Positions 25,526-39,464 of a stretch of DNA of 64,000 bases are shown piece by piece (the first letter of the stretch is position 1; each line of letters starts with the position of its first letter). The notes under the pieces are model-generated. The model was not told the DNA's origin. It did no database searches and saw nothing but the letters and a program-made list of their open reading frames with translations. Made by a program: the position numbers and the translations under genes. The DNA comes from Octopus sinensis (lineage: Eukaryota), in NCBI RefSeq assembly GCF_006345805.1, contig NC_043008.1:12710001-12774000 (forward strand), in the 5' to 3' direction.

Positions 25526-25792
25526 TACTCGGCTGGTGCATAATTATTGCGGCTTTATTTTTTTTCAACAAATTTTATTCAACAAAGACAATAACAACAT
25601 GTAACAAAAACATCTTTGAATGATTATTCCGGAGCATATTCACTTTCTACTTCAATCACTGCTTCACATTTGCTTGGCAGACGGTCAGACCGTCATTTAA
25701 AGATGTTTTTTGTTAAATATTGTTATTGTTTTTGTTGAATAAAATTTGTTGAAAAAACAAACCAACCGCAATAATTATGCACCAGCCACATA
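25526..25792. mobile_element. Mariner-type MITE (~97-bp inverted arms, TA ends)
   Basis: TA-CTCGGCTGGTGCATAATTATTGCGG ... CCGCAATAATTATGCACCAGCCACA-TA. The TIR resembles the Hsmar1-type TTAGGTTGGTGCAAAAGTAATTGCGG; arms continue to AAACATCTTT.AATGA. Confidence 0.8.
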
Positions 25793-25793
25793 G

Positions 25794-25794
<1 letters not shown>

Positions 25795-25827
<33 letters not shown>

Positions 25828-26290
25828 AGCTGCTGATGGTGATGATAATGATGATGATGATGATAATGATGATGATGATGATGATGACGATGACGATGAT
25901 GATGAGGATGATGATGATGATATAAAAGTATAATAGAACTATAACTACTACTTCTACCACTACTGCTACTACTACTAGTAGTAGTAGTGGTAGTAGTGGT
26001 GGCGGTGGTGGTAGTAGTAATAGTAGTAGTAGTAAGAAGAAGAAGAGGAGGAGGAAGAAAAAAGGAGGAAGAGAAGACAACGACGACAACGACGACGAAG
26101 AAGAAGAAGACGAAGAAGAAGAAGACGAAGAAGAAGAGCGAAGTAAAGTGATGAAGAAGAAAGAAGAAGAAGAAGAAGAAGAAGAGAAGAAGAAGAAGAA
26201 GAAGAAGAAGAAGAAGAAGAAGAAGAAGAAGAAGAAGAAGAAGAAGAATGAGAAAAAGAGGAAGGAGAAGAAGAGGAAAAATAAGAAATC
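25795..26290. repeat. Compound (GCT/GAT/TAG/GAA)n array
   Basis: Visible; explains ORF 25713-26363. Confidence 0.95.
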
Positions 26291-28797
26291 TTTTTAATAT
26301 AGGCATTAAGGCATCAAAATGAGTGGGCGAATGGAGAACGGAAAGCAATGTTGACCATGACAAGATTTGAGCCCGGGTTGTAAAGAGTTAGAAGAGGCAC
26401 TGCAACAATTGATACAAGTACTTGTACTGATTCAACCGAACTAGAGAAGGATAATAAACATAGGTGGTCACGACTGGACTTGAACCGTGATGCTAAAGAG
26501 ATGTAATAAAATAAAAGAAATGGAAGTTTTTCAGAGCTGTATCAACTCAGTCTTTTATCTTCCGTACAGAGTGTCAATTATTAAAACAAGAAGAAGAAGA
26601 AGATTAAATAGAAGACAACTAGGGTAAGATGAACAGTAGAAATTGAGAATCTTGAATATATTGAGAGGAAAGAGTGAAGAATTAAGAGTTGAAAGAAACA
26701 CATATGTGGAAGAAGAGAAAGGGGGCGAGACAGAGACAGACAGACAGATAGATAGAAAGAGCGAGAGAGAGAGAGAGAGAGACTGAAGCGGAAGAGCAAG
26801 CGAGAGAGAGAGAAAGCAGAAATATAACGATAACAAATACATTGTTAAGAAAGAGACACAATTACTACGAACATCTGAACATGCTGAGAGAGGAATGGTA
26901 AAAACCTGCAGAAGTAGCAAACGATTAGATTTAATCAATAACATGTGAACTATTTAGAATAGAATTGTTGTATTTTGTTTCCTGTAACCATTTGCCAAAT
27001 TGAGTTAGAGAGAAATGGTATAGTTCTGAAAGGTGCACATTTCGTGGTTTGAAAATTATATTCAGAAAATTGAATTAGATGGTAAAAACAACAGTGTTTT
27101 GTTGGGTTCAGAACGAAGCATTAACCATAATCCAATAAATAACTGACTTGTATTGTTGATACATTATTTTACAACGTGTGTATAATAATATCACTAGTTG
27201 TCAGGACTTGGGCATTTCACTTATAACGAGTCTAGTTCCAGACAAAGCCAGTCTCGTAAAGTTATGTCAGCGATGAAAAATAGTCATAAACCAGTATTGG
27301 TCTTAATAAGCAATTATGATATTTTGAATAGTCGAAGTCGTTCTTAGAGCAGAACCAGCTTTTGATAATATGTCTAGAGAACGGCTTGTCATAAAATATA
27401 TCCTTAATCTTAAAATTGGCCAAGATATCAAGTTATGTAATAAAATAAAGCATCCTTTCTTAACTATTATTGTTTCACCGAAAGCGAAGAATTTCATGAC
27501 TAAATCTTATTGTTTCCATTTACCACTTATTACCGCCAACATTTCCAACACTCTACAGAACAGCCAGTGCTAATACATTCCGAATAATTTATTGCATAAA
27601 TCGATACTAATTTTCGCAGCTTAGTATGAAACTTTGGGCAAATAATGTTAAGTATTCTATTGAGGACCATAGCACGTATCCTGCCAAGACAAACAGAAGG
27701 TAAATGTTGTAAAATTTCTAAATAATGTTTCTCTATGTAAAGAATCAATTCTGTAGGAATTGGTATAATGAAGAAATACTATTGGAGGGACCTAACACAG
27801 ATACTTATATCACGAAATTATGAAGAGAACACCGCCATGGGTGATCTAAAAAAAATTGACGTTCGAAACTATATTCTACCTGATGTTTTAATCTCCCAAC
27901 GAGCTGATAAAATGTGTTGAATTATTTTTTCTTTTTAAAATTAAAACCAAATGTAGTGTGTGATAATTGAAGCCCTGCAGCCTGAGTAGGGTATTGCCTC
28001 CACGATCGCTAGATAGTAGTTTCGACCACCCGGCGATACACTGTGTAAAGCATTTCATTTCACGTCACTCAAGTTTCCTTGGCTGGAAAATAAGTAATCC
28101 TGCGTCTTATTCCGAAGATAAAAAAAAAACAAGAAACTGGGAGAATGCAATTATACAGAGTTCTATCAACTCTGTCACTCATCTCCCGTACAGAACGTCT
28201 ATTACAAAAAAAGAACAAAAAAAAGGAAAAATAAACAGGAACAGAAGATCAAATAGAAAACAGTTACAACAAGAAAGATATTAGAAACAGAGAAGCGGGT
28301 GGAATTAGAAGTTCTGTAAAAAGTCAACCCAAAAGTATCAGCTTTATATAAGTCTCCTGAAGCTTATAGGAGCAAAGTCTTAGGGTTTTATTTTCCTCGC
28401 GTAATACTACAGTTGAACAATAGTGCAGGTTGAGTTATTTGGTTAAGAAGTGCGCTTGCAGCCGTTTGATTTCAGATGCAATCCTTCGCGTCCCATCTTG
28501 AGTAATTTTCTTCTTATTTAGCCTCAGATTCCCCCATTGCATTCGAAGTGAATTTGGGAGGGAGAAACTATGCCAAACCCCTTCCAACTTATATGTATGT
28601 GTGGATGTATTTATGTGTGTGTTTGTGAGTGTGTGCACCTACGTAAAATCAGTAAAATTATATATATATCAGCCGAAATTGCGAGGATGATCCGGTTCTT
28701 GACTGAAGATTGAAGGCTTCGAATGTCCCGTCCGTGTTTTTTGTATCGTCTTCTAAATGTTTTGCGTTCTTGTCCCAGTTTGTATTTTTTTACATAT

Positions 28798-28842
<45 letters not shown>

Positions 28843-29116
28843 TAGAGAGAGAGAGAGAGCGAGAGAGAGAAAGAGAGACAGACAGACAGACAGAGAGGGA
28901 GACAGAAACCACACTTGCAATCCCTCCAATACCAGTTCATTTGAAGCCATACATATTTTAGTTTTTTAAGATACAGACACACAATATGCCCCACACATAT
29001 TATAACACCCATTTCAAACCACAGCAATCGCGGTTCCAAGCTATATCATAGAAGTTACAAATGGTTCCTATTATATTACACTCATCATAGAACTGTTAAT
29101 GTATCATGTGTTATAT

Positions 29117-29991
29117 TATTGGGTCATCCCATAAATAATGTGGTTTTTTTTCTATTACATGAACTAAAGGTTGGAGAGGGACGGGATAACTACATGCAGG
29201 TAGTAATTTTCCTTTAACTTATTTTTAGAACGATTTTAACAGTTATTATTTCAAAGGTATAATGGAAGTGACAAAGAAGCATATTCGGTATATTTTGCTT
29301 TATGAGTTCAATGAAGACAAAAACATAACGGAAAGTGCGAGAAATATTGACGCAGGATATGGGTATCTGACGATAAAAGTAAGCTAGTGTGAACGGTGAT
29401 TCCAGAAATTCCGAGCTGGAAACTATAGCCTAAAAGAGCCTTGTCCTGGAATATCTGTAGAGGTCGACGAGGGCGCCCTGCAAAACCTGGTGGAATAAAA
29501 TGCCATTGTAACTGTTGAGGAACTAGCAGGGAAGTTTTGATTTGGTCATCGACACCTGCGTACAATTGGAAACGTCAGCAAATTGGGTCAATAGGTTCCT
29601 CACAAACTTTCCTAGTCTATTCGTGTGCAGAGAGTGAATATGTACACTTCTTTACTGCCACGTCTCACGAATGAATCTTTTTAGGACTGAATAGTGACTG
29701 GTGAGAAGAAATTTGTTCTCTATAGAAATGACAAACGCTGTAGACAGTGGGTAGAGGAAGGAGAAACAACGGCACCCCAGGCTAAAGAAAGTTTTCATCC
29801 ACGTAAGGTGTTTTTATCTGTTTGGTGAGATATGAAAGGTTTAGTCCATTTTGAACTTTTAAACTCAAACCAAACGATAACAAAGGAGATCTACTGCTAG
29901 CAGCTTGAGGGGCTTAAACCAGTACTAGAAAGAAAAATGATCATCTTTGGGTTCAAGACGAAAGGTATTCTTCCATCAGGATAATGTTCGG
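29117..29991 (+). pseudogene. Mariner transposase pseudogene, 5' TIR to second catalytic Asp, 3'-truncated
   Basis: TIR TATTGGGTCATCCCATAAATAATG. ATG 29262 gives MEVTKKHIRYILLYEFN...GQ*VPHKL (WVPHEL-like)...IVTGEKKFVLY...HPRKVFLSVW*DMKGLVHFELL...FFHQDNVR, with stops and frameshifts. Confidence 0.92.
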
Positions 29992-30037
29992 CTTTCAAGG
30001 TGCTCATCTATCAGGATAATGCTCAGCGAGCATATGA

Positions 30038-30039
<2 letters not shown>

Positions 30040-30086
<47 letters not shown>

Positions 30087-30294
30087 GTGTGTGCGTTTGT
30101 CCCGTCACCATCGCTTGACAAGCGATGTTGGTGTGTTTACGTCCCCGTAACTTACACGTTCGGCAAAACGAGCAATAGAATAAGTACGTGGCTTACAAAG
30201 AATAAGTCTTGGGGGCGAGATTTCTTCGACTAAAGGCGGTGCTCCAGCATGGCCAAAGTCAAATGACTGAAACAAGCAAAAGAATAAAAGAATA
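30040..30294 (+). mobile_element. SINE family A 3' half
   Basis: CCATCGCTTGACAAGCGATG...GACTGAAACAAGCAAAAGAATAAAAGAAT. Confidence 0.85.
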
Positions 30295-30599
30295 TGTATA
30301 TATGTATGTGTATAAATATATACTTATATGCGTATGTAATGTTATGTAAATATATCATTGCACGTGTAAGTGTGTATATGTCTCTATACACACGAGCCTT
30401 CACATAAGCTGATCGATGAATTCTTACATTGAAAGACACGCATACATATATAGACACACGCATGTAGAGAGACACACATACACACACAAACAAAGAAATA
30501 TGCAAAATAGTGCTCCAAGCCAAAAGTACGGAAGAGCAACAGAAACAATTTCAAAGACACACTTTTAGATCCCCACACAGGCACACATACATACATGCA

Positions 30600-30745
30600 T
30601 ACATACATACATACACACACACACATACATATACATATATATATATATATACATACCATATATATGTATATGTATATATTATATATATGTATGTATATAT
30701 ATGTAATGTATATATATATATGTATATATTAGTATATCTGTATAT

Positions 30746-30800
<55 letters not shown>

Positions 30801-30981
30801 ATATTATATATGTATATCTGTATATATAGTATATGTATATATATATCTATATATATATAGATATATAATATATGAGATATATTCTATAGGTTATATATAT
30901 ATGGGATATATTGATATTATATATATATATATATCATATGTTATGTAATGTATATATATATAATATATATTATATATTATG

Positions 30982-31012
<31 letters not shown>

Positions 31013-31172
31013 GCTTATAATATATATATATATAATATATCTATTGTATATATATATATATCTATATGGTATGTATATGTATATATATATATATATATGT
31101 ATATATAATATATATAATATATATAGATATATATATATAATATCATATATTATATATATATATATATATATA
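30600..31172. repeat. Long imperfect (TA)n tract
   Basis: Visible. Confidence 0.95.
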
Positions 31173-31647
31173 CGCACAACATTCACTTAAGCGAATAGTA
31201 AATATTTATATGTTTTAACGAATCATCATGAAAATATCCTGGACTAAAATGGCAAAATGGTCTCACCAAATTCTACATATCTGAGGTTAAAATATCAGCG
31301 AACGTTACACTAAATCGTAAAACGAATAAAAGAAATTCTTAAAATCTTCATAAAAGAAATAAAGTGCAAACAAAAGAATTATTTATGTAGGTGTCATTGA
31401 GATTTACTGACATTTCTTGTCGGAGGCTTGTTTCGTTATTCAGAGGAACCATTTTATTCTTTTAGCTTCACTTTACGATTTGTTTTTACCTTAAAAGTAT
31501 AGCCTTAAGAAAGGAAAAACTTTGACAGCTTGGAGCGAAAATAGAAGTGTACGTACATTAAGCTGCAAACTGTCCTGATCTCTGAAATAATAAAATAAAT
31601 ATGATGGAAAATAACTCTGCGCGTCTGTGTATGGCTGCATATATAAC

Positions 31648-31681
<34 letters not shown>

Positions 31682-31688
31682 CTATTTA

Positions 31689-31719
<31 letters not shown>

Positions 31720-31969
31720 ATATACATATACATATATATGCATGTATATATATATATGTATATATATATATACATATATATATTTATATATATATATGTA
31801 CACACATAAAAATGTGTGTATATATATATGTGTGTGTGTTTGTGCGTGTGAGTGTGTCAGTGTGTTTGTGCATGTGAATGTAAATGCATATTATATATAT
31901 ATACTTATGTATATATCATTATATATATAATATATATATTATATGATATATATTATATTATATATTATC

Positions 31970-32012
<43 letters not shown>

Positions 32013-32022
32013 CTATTATATT

Positions 32023-32061
<39 letters not shown>

Positions 32062-33081
32062 TCACATATAACATACTTGTTTAGATACAGTTTGAAACCC
32101 ACTTTCATATCAAAGCACGCGCACGGACACACACACACATACAAACAAACACACAGCCATGTGTGTGTGTGTGTGTGTATCTATATATGTCTGATATAAA
32201 CACTGTATAAGTTACATATTACATTGTACATATCATCTATATATGCATAGACAGTCGCACACATAGAGAAATACACATACATACACACATATATACATAT
32301 ATGTGCACATACATACACAAACCCCCACTCTCTCTTCCTCTCTCTCTCTCTCTCTCTCTCTGAAAGATGCATACGCATATACATTACTAAAATATATTAA
32401 TATTTAGCTAGTGTAAATTACAGCTTCCTATACTCAATTACAATTAACAATGTCTCCCATCAAATACACAAATGTTACTTTGAGGTTTTAGGTAGGTCGT
32501 ACTATAGAAGTATGATGCGGTTTTCTTCTAGCATTTATATATAAATCAATATTTTATAAAATGAAGAAAGAAATGTGAATGTATAATGATTTCTTCCTTA
32601 GGCATCTAAGAAGTCTTTTTGTAAAGGTTGCTGCTACCATCTATTTACCTCCCGGTATATTATTGGTTTTTCCCTCATCTTCCTTTCAAAGATGAAAAGC
32701 TCTATCAACTTAGAGACATCAGTACTTTGTTATAAGTTGGGCAGAGGTGGAAGTGGTTGTGTCCATCGCCTTTTCATTTCTTCGAAGACTGTTTAGATCG
32801 ATACGGTTGATGATTAGTTTCAATATATGTAGGTTGACATCTGCAGAAAATGAAAAAAAAAAAAAAAAAAAAAACGAAGAAATCTTCTTTGTAGAGCTTC
32901 GGTGATGTAGAGGGTTCGTTTACAGCGAGATAGCATCGAGCAAAACCTGTTTACTGCTGTGTCTGGGAGATACGTCATAATACAATGGTTGACGTGTTAA
33001 GAGGTGGAAGTTTGTTATCATGGAGAAAGGTTCTGGGTAACTAGTCCATTCACAACTGGAGGGGGTCGTTTAGTAGTATTA

Positions 33082-33343
33082 AATAAAAAAATAAATGTGC
33101 CCTTTTAAAGCCTAGCCAGGCTCATGGGCCCGGTTTCCCGGTTTCTATGGCGTATGTGTTCCCCAGCTGGACGAGATGCCAGTCCATCGCAGTGTTACTC
33201 ATTTTTGCCAGCTGAGTGAACTGGAGCAACGTGAAATGAAGTGTTTTGCTCAAGAACCCAACGTGTCGCCCGGTCCAGGAATCGAAACCACAATCTTACG
33301 ATCATGATGCTGACACCCTAACCACTAAGCCACGCGCCTCCAC
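33082..33343 (-). mobile_element. tRNA-derived SINE family C, full length, 12-bp TSD
   Basis: Minus-strand head GTGGAGGCGCGTGGCTTAGTGGTTAGGG...GGTTTCGATTCC; TSD TTAGTAGTATTA at 33070-33081 and 33344-33355. Confidence 0.9.
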
Positions 33344-33502
33344 TTAGTAGTATTAGAAGGGCTAAAGAAGCTGGTGGTTGAGGAGAGTTACTGGTGTGTA
33401 CTGCTGTCGTAATAGACTATATTGGTATGTCCCCATTACCTGACGCTTAATTTGGTTCTATTAATGGTTAGCTTTTGGGTCTAGCTTTCACGTATCTGGA
33501 GT

Positions 33503-33933
33503 TCTCTTTTACTCTTTTACTTGTTTCAGTCATTTGAATGTGAACATGCTGGATCATCGCCTTTAGTCGAGCAAATCGACCCCCAGGATGTATTCTTTGT
33601 AAGCCTAGTACTTATTCTATTGGTCTTTATTGCCGAACCGCTAAGTTACGGGAACGTAAACACACCAGCATCGGTTGTCAAGCGATGTTGGGGGGGGGGG
33701 GACAAACACAGACACACAAACATATATACACACACACAAACAGACACATACACACACATATACATATATACATACATACGACAGGCTTCTTTCAGTTTCC
33801 GTCTACCAAATCCACTCACAAGGCTTTAGTCGGCCCGAGGCTATAGTAGAAGACGCTTGCCCAAGTTGCCACGCAGTGGGACTGAGCCCGAACCATGTGG
33901 CTGGTTAGCAAGCTATTTACCACACAGCCACTC
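33503..33933 (-). mobile_element. SINE family A, near full length
   Basis: Complete match to family A. Confidence 0.9.
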
Positions 33934-34619
33934 GACTTTTACAAGAAGTGGAGTGTGAAATAATCTGCATAATGTTCTATATTGTTGTATGTGATGGAAA
34001 ATAGGTTAAATGCACAAAAGAAATGTAAGAGGCAAAAATAGAATTTAGGACACACAAAAATGACAATGGCCGGTTTGCAAATGTTGTGTCTACTCATTAT
34101 AGAAGGGAGGGAGACAATGAAGAGAAGACATTATATTCTTCCGTGTTGGCGTAATAATTGGTTAATGAAATACATTTTGTGTCTTAGAAAAATTGACTCT
34201 GCAAATATAAGACATTTACGCGTTCCTGATAAACGTCAATCATTGTTTTACAAGGACAAGATTTTTGTTATGAAGTGAAATATAATTGTTTGTTTTGACC
34301 TCAGCATATCACTGGTACTAAATTTATTGATCGAAACAGTTAAAATAAAAAGGCACAAATGTTGGAAATTATTGCCGTAGACTCTTTGATTTCTGAAGTT
34401 ATACTTCTCCAAGAAAAGTATTATTTATTGGTATGCCGTATAAGGAACTGATTATATACAGTAAGATTAAGGTATGACCTTTTGTCCTGAACAATTTCCT
34501 TAAAGACTACAGTTATAAATTCTCATTCTTGTTGCTTGGTCCACACAAAATCTCAACTCTACATTCAGTTACATCTGTCTCCACATCTATATTAATTCCA
34601 AATTTTGGCACAAGAAAGC

Positions 34620-34790
34620 AATTTAAGGGGAGAAGTTAAGTCGAATACATCTTGTATTTATTCAATTGCTACTTATTTTATTGACCCCAGAATAGATTAA
34701 AGTAAAGGTGAGCCCGGTGGCATTTGAACTCAGACGTAAAAACGGACGAAACACCGCTAATTATATAGCCCGGTGTGCCAACTCTCTGCC
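34620..34790 (-). mobile_element. SINE family B, degenerate
   Basis: TACTTATTTTATTGACCCC...TTTGAACTCAGACGTAAAAACGGACGAAAC. Confidence 0.55.
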
Positions 34791-35550
34791 TTGTCTATAT
34801 TAAATAAATTAAGAATGAATATATATTCTAGCTTCCGATATATCTACTCGCTAATACTTTAACCTTAAATAATTATCTAAAAAAACAATCATCTATGTAG
34901 CGTTTCTATGTTCAAGTATATTGCTGTATTCGACTGCATTACACATTTTTGAAAAGGTATCTTTAAACAAAACAGAACTTTTGTCAACTACCTATTTAAA
35001 TTTTGCCTGTTAGTGTAGCTAATAAAATGATTATACTTTTCTGATTTCGCAGCATTATACAGGTTTCATTCTCCGCGTAGCGATAAAGAATTTATGAGAC
35101 AGATTTTCGTTGTTTTTCAGAAATGGTATCAAAGAATACGTCAGCGTCTAATTATTTTGAATGTTGTTTGTCATTTTCTAAACATCGCTTGGCTTATTAT
35201 CACAGAAAACAACAGACAATCACCTATAATGCGTTCAACGGCATCATTATTATTGCCGTTAATTCTGTCTAAGGAAAATTAGCTGAAAACCACAAGCGAA
35301 AACTAAATATATATTGATATAAAATATACAGTAATGGATCAACGAATAAAAATTACGCAGATACCAGAGCCGACTGATTTATAAACTTGCGTCCGTATAC
35401 GCACTCTTGCTTTCGTTCTAAGTATAAATACACACGTGCATATACATACATATACACACGCACACCCACATATAAAGTATATTTGTACGTGTGTGTTTTT
35501 GTGCTCTTACATATAAATATATATATACAGTATGCGTAAACACATACACG

Positions 35551-35592
<42 letters not shown>

Positions 35593-35830
35593 GATACCAC
35601 TCCCCCTCCCCCTCTCTCTTTATCTATGTATGTATATTCCATAACAATTCCCCCACCTCTCTCTTTCTCTATCTGTTTATTCCTGACTCTCCCCTCCCTC
35701 TTTCTCTATCTATCTATCTATCACTCGTCTCACTCTTTCGCTATATATCTATCTATCAATCTATTACTCTCCCTCCACCTCTTTCTCTATCTATGTATGT
35801 TCTATAATACTTCCTCCGCCTCTCTCTTTC

Positions 35831-35878
<48 letters not shown>

Positions 35879-35948
35879 CCTATCTATCTATCTATCTATT
35901 TATCACTCTTCCACTCCCTCTTTTTCTATATATCGCTCTTCTCCACTC

Positions 35949-36034
<86 letters not shown>

Positions 36035-36183
36035 CATCTTATACATTATATCAAATAATGAAGAGCGTAAAATTTTGGCATCCTTCAAGAACATTTAATT
36101 TATAATTTATAATATAACACATAATGGAGAGTGGAAAATTACTATTTATAAATCTTACATCTTGAGATGTTCAGCGACAATAC

Positions 36184-36579
36184 TTTGGAGTAAAGATTGC
36201 TTACCAACATAACATGGCAGTCCTGGTTTAGGACTAATGTTGCTGTAATTTAGCCCCAGAAGACATCGTCTCCAGCTAGCTATACGACACAATCTGTGCC
36301 CTTATATTTTCGAACAAAGGAATCTAGCACCCCCACTCAGCTAAAAACAATATCTGTGTATCGTGATTATCGGGTTATTTCTCTTCAACCCAAAAATCGT
36401 GATACACGGATATTGTTTTGAGCTGAGTGGGGGTGCTATATTCCCTTGTTCGAAAATATAAGGATACAAATCGTGTCGTATAGCTAGCTGGAGACTATGC
36501 CACCTGGTGCTAAATTACAGCAACATTCGTCTTAAACTAGTGCTGTCATGTTATGTAAGCAAACAATCTTTATTCCAAA
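36184..36579. mobile_element. Long fold-back (MITE-like) element with ~179-bp arms and no hammerhead
   Basis: 36184-36362 is the reverse complement of 36401-36579 with scattered mismatches; the spacer is itself partly self-complementary (GGGTT/AACCC). Confidence 0.8.
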
Positions 36580-37259
36580 TTAGAGAGTAGTTAATGAAGC
36601 ACGTAATGTCTGTTACAGCTGTTTCTAGAATAGTTAAGTGTGTGTGGCATATATGTCACTGAGTAAAGAATTCCACGGAGACTGAGTATTCCGTGATCGG
36701 AGAGAGAAAAAGAAAAAGAGAATACAGAAATGTAGAATATCCTCATTATAAGATATTACTAGTTACTAGTCTTCCAAGACACCAAGGGATTTCAAGGATG
36801 AATGATCGATGTGTTTGGTGTCTCCATGATGGAAGAATTAATAAAATTCTAGGTAATGGATAATCTCATTTAGCTGTTCCATGGACAAATGTTCTTGGAT
36901 AATCTCTGGCAAAGGCTAATGGAAGCTACCAATTCCATCGGTGAATAGAACATGAATGAAATTTCAGTTGAATGGCCTTCGAAGAGTATATTATAGTGTG
37001 AATGAGAGAAATATGAGGGTAGACCGAGGATATTCTGTGTAGTGAAGGTGTATTTGATATGACGGTTAAGGGGCTTCATGTATACATACACATAGACACA
37101 CATACACACGCACTCACACATTTTATGGTTATATATTATTTAGAGAAACTTAGGCTTGGGATATATATTTACGCAGATCTTGCAACACACTTTATAAAAT
37201 AAAATACTGAAAAACTATAGAATGAAAAATCTCGTATCTCGACAGCTGTTTCAAGAAGC

Positions 37260-37800
37260 CAAACTTACGTTATAAGAATATTCATAGACGATGTGTGCAT
37301 ATCATAGGTGTGCGACCAATGACGAGTCCAGATGAAATTGTCGAGAAAGTCCTGTCTTTTTTTCCCAAGACCAGTAGTGCAGTAGTGTTTGCACTTCTCT
37401 TTAAAACTTTCCAATGCACCACAGCGAATGGCTTGCATTTTTTTTGCTGCAAACGATCTTAATCTCACGATACGAATAATCTTCTTGGAATCAGAAGGTA
37501 AGTTATTGTTCCTGATGATGGTGTTGCACTTTAAATCCTGTACTTTATTCAGTATCTTTCTCTGTATATCTGTATTGATGGCCCATACCTCGTAGGTATA
37601 TCAGCTGAATGCATTGTATATAACAGTCTAGTATAGTCTCATTTTTCCTGATATTGCTCCATATTAGCTTGATTTTTGGAATGGTGCTATCACTGTTTGC
37701 TTCGTTCTTGCAATGATTCCTTATATTTTATTATTAATGATCTTCCTCCTTCCTCATTAAAATTTGACTGGAAGTCATTTTACTGCAGCACGACTTCGAT
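37260..37800 (-). mobile_element. Highly degraded RTE-like LINE RT C-terminal remnant
   Basis: Minus frame IARTKQ...GKMRLY*TVIYNAFS*YTYEVWAI resembles RTE RIAxAK...KLRLY...LLYGCETW; many stops. Confidence 0.35.
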
Positions 37801-38327
37801 CCTCTGCCCTTGGGCAAATACTCTCTACTTTAATTATTTTCCTGACATCTGCCAAGCGTTTTGCTGTTCGTTTAGATTTATCAGCTAGAAAATTTTAGCC
37901 TTCAAAGTTTCTAAATCGTGAATATAATCCCTTAGATGTGTGAGCAGGCAACTAATAACATATTTACACAAATTCCAATACACACGTACATATTTATTTT
38001 TTACGTTATGAATGTGACATAAGTTTTCCGAGTTATCCGAAAACTGTGAATTTCAAAATCTTTGAAAGGGCTACTGTTAGCATGACTTGTAATATTATAT
38101 TACAAATAAAGTACGTTTCGCTCTCAAAAATCATATTGAATTCTGAGTCCGATAATATTTAATATTTCTTATTCTAAATGTTTTATTTGCTATGAGCTAA
38201 ACAGCCAATATATATCTAACTACATAATATTTTCCCCAGCTTTCTATTTTTCTATCAGAATCCTTCTTTGCTCCCTTTCTTTTTGCATATGTACATATAT
38301 AAACACAAACATACATACACCCCCCAT

Positions 38328-38427
38328 GAGAATTACGAAAAAAAAAAAAGACGAAGACAGGTGGTGTACAAGCAAACATATGTATTAGTATAACGCACAG
38401 GAATTGAAAAATCTTTTACGTTTCGTG

Positions 38428-38430
<3 letters not shown>
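38328..38430 (-). mobile_element. Family E (Penelope-like end) fragment, hammerhead 5' half missing
   Basis: Minus strand GAAACGTAAAAGA...GCGTTATACTAATACAT...GTACACCACCTGTCTTCG matches 56444-56545. Confidence 0.75.
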
Positions 38431-38466
<36 letters not shown>

Positions 38467-38484
38467 GTGTGTGTGTGTGTAGTA

Positions 38485-38552
<68 letters not shown>

Positions 38553-39222
38553 ACTTACTTACATACATACATGCCGAATTATGTAGGCACGTATTGACTG
38601 AGGCAAAATGAATTTTTGTGTATATGCATGTGCTTGTGTGTATGTAGAAATGTGATTGGAGAAATAGTGAGCAGAGCGAGAGCTTCCATGTAAGTACTGC
38701 TAATGTTTCATAACTACCTTCCTTTGACCGTCTTTTTATGTGGCTATAAAGGAAGCACAAAGGGAACGAAATACAGACACGTTTATTAACTAACACAGAG
38801 TCCGTCACAAACTCACACGCGACCACTTGAAAAGATTCTCGAGTATTAGAAGAGAACAAAACACGTTAGCATTTATGAAAAATATGATTCCGTGTGTATT
38901 TACTTGATGAACGTGTTTCGAACACATTGATAGTGCAGACTCAGTACAAATACGCACAGAAAACACAGAGATTCAAACACGCATACACACATTCACAAAC
39001 ACGGATAATCACCTACATGCAGACATAAATATATATATATATCATTATAGATATAGGGTAAAAAAATTATTCATTTAATAATATATTTTACCAAGTAGTT
39101 TCTGAGTCATATTTTGTAGTGAAAAGAAATAACGGTCTTTTGGCTGCTATTTCAACATTTTCGGTATGTGGTGAAGCAACTTGTTGCTAAACCCTTAATT
39201 ATATATATATATGTTTGTCTGC

Positions 39223-39272
<50 letters not shown>

Positions 39273-39333
39273 GCCTATCTATCGATTAATATATAGATAC
39301 ACACATACAGACACACACATATGTATGCATTTA

Positions 39334-39382
<49 letters not shown>

Positions 39383-39393
39383 GTGAAATGATG

Positions 39394-39428
<35 letters not shown>

Positions 39429-39433
39429 ATATA

Positions 39434-39464
<31 letters not shown>

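Noticed and set aside
28650-28790. TA-flanked island with CUGAAGA and a GAAG/CTTC stem
   Set aside because: GAA is followed by TGTC, with no A15.1, stem III or stem I.
32649-32840. Exon-like 192-nt segment on the minus strand with a strong poly-T/CAG acceptor and GAG|GTAAAT donor
   Set aside because: All three frames contain stops. It could be a UTR or lncRNA exon, but sequence alone cannot support that.
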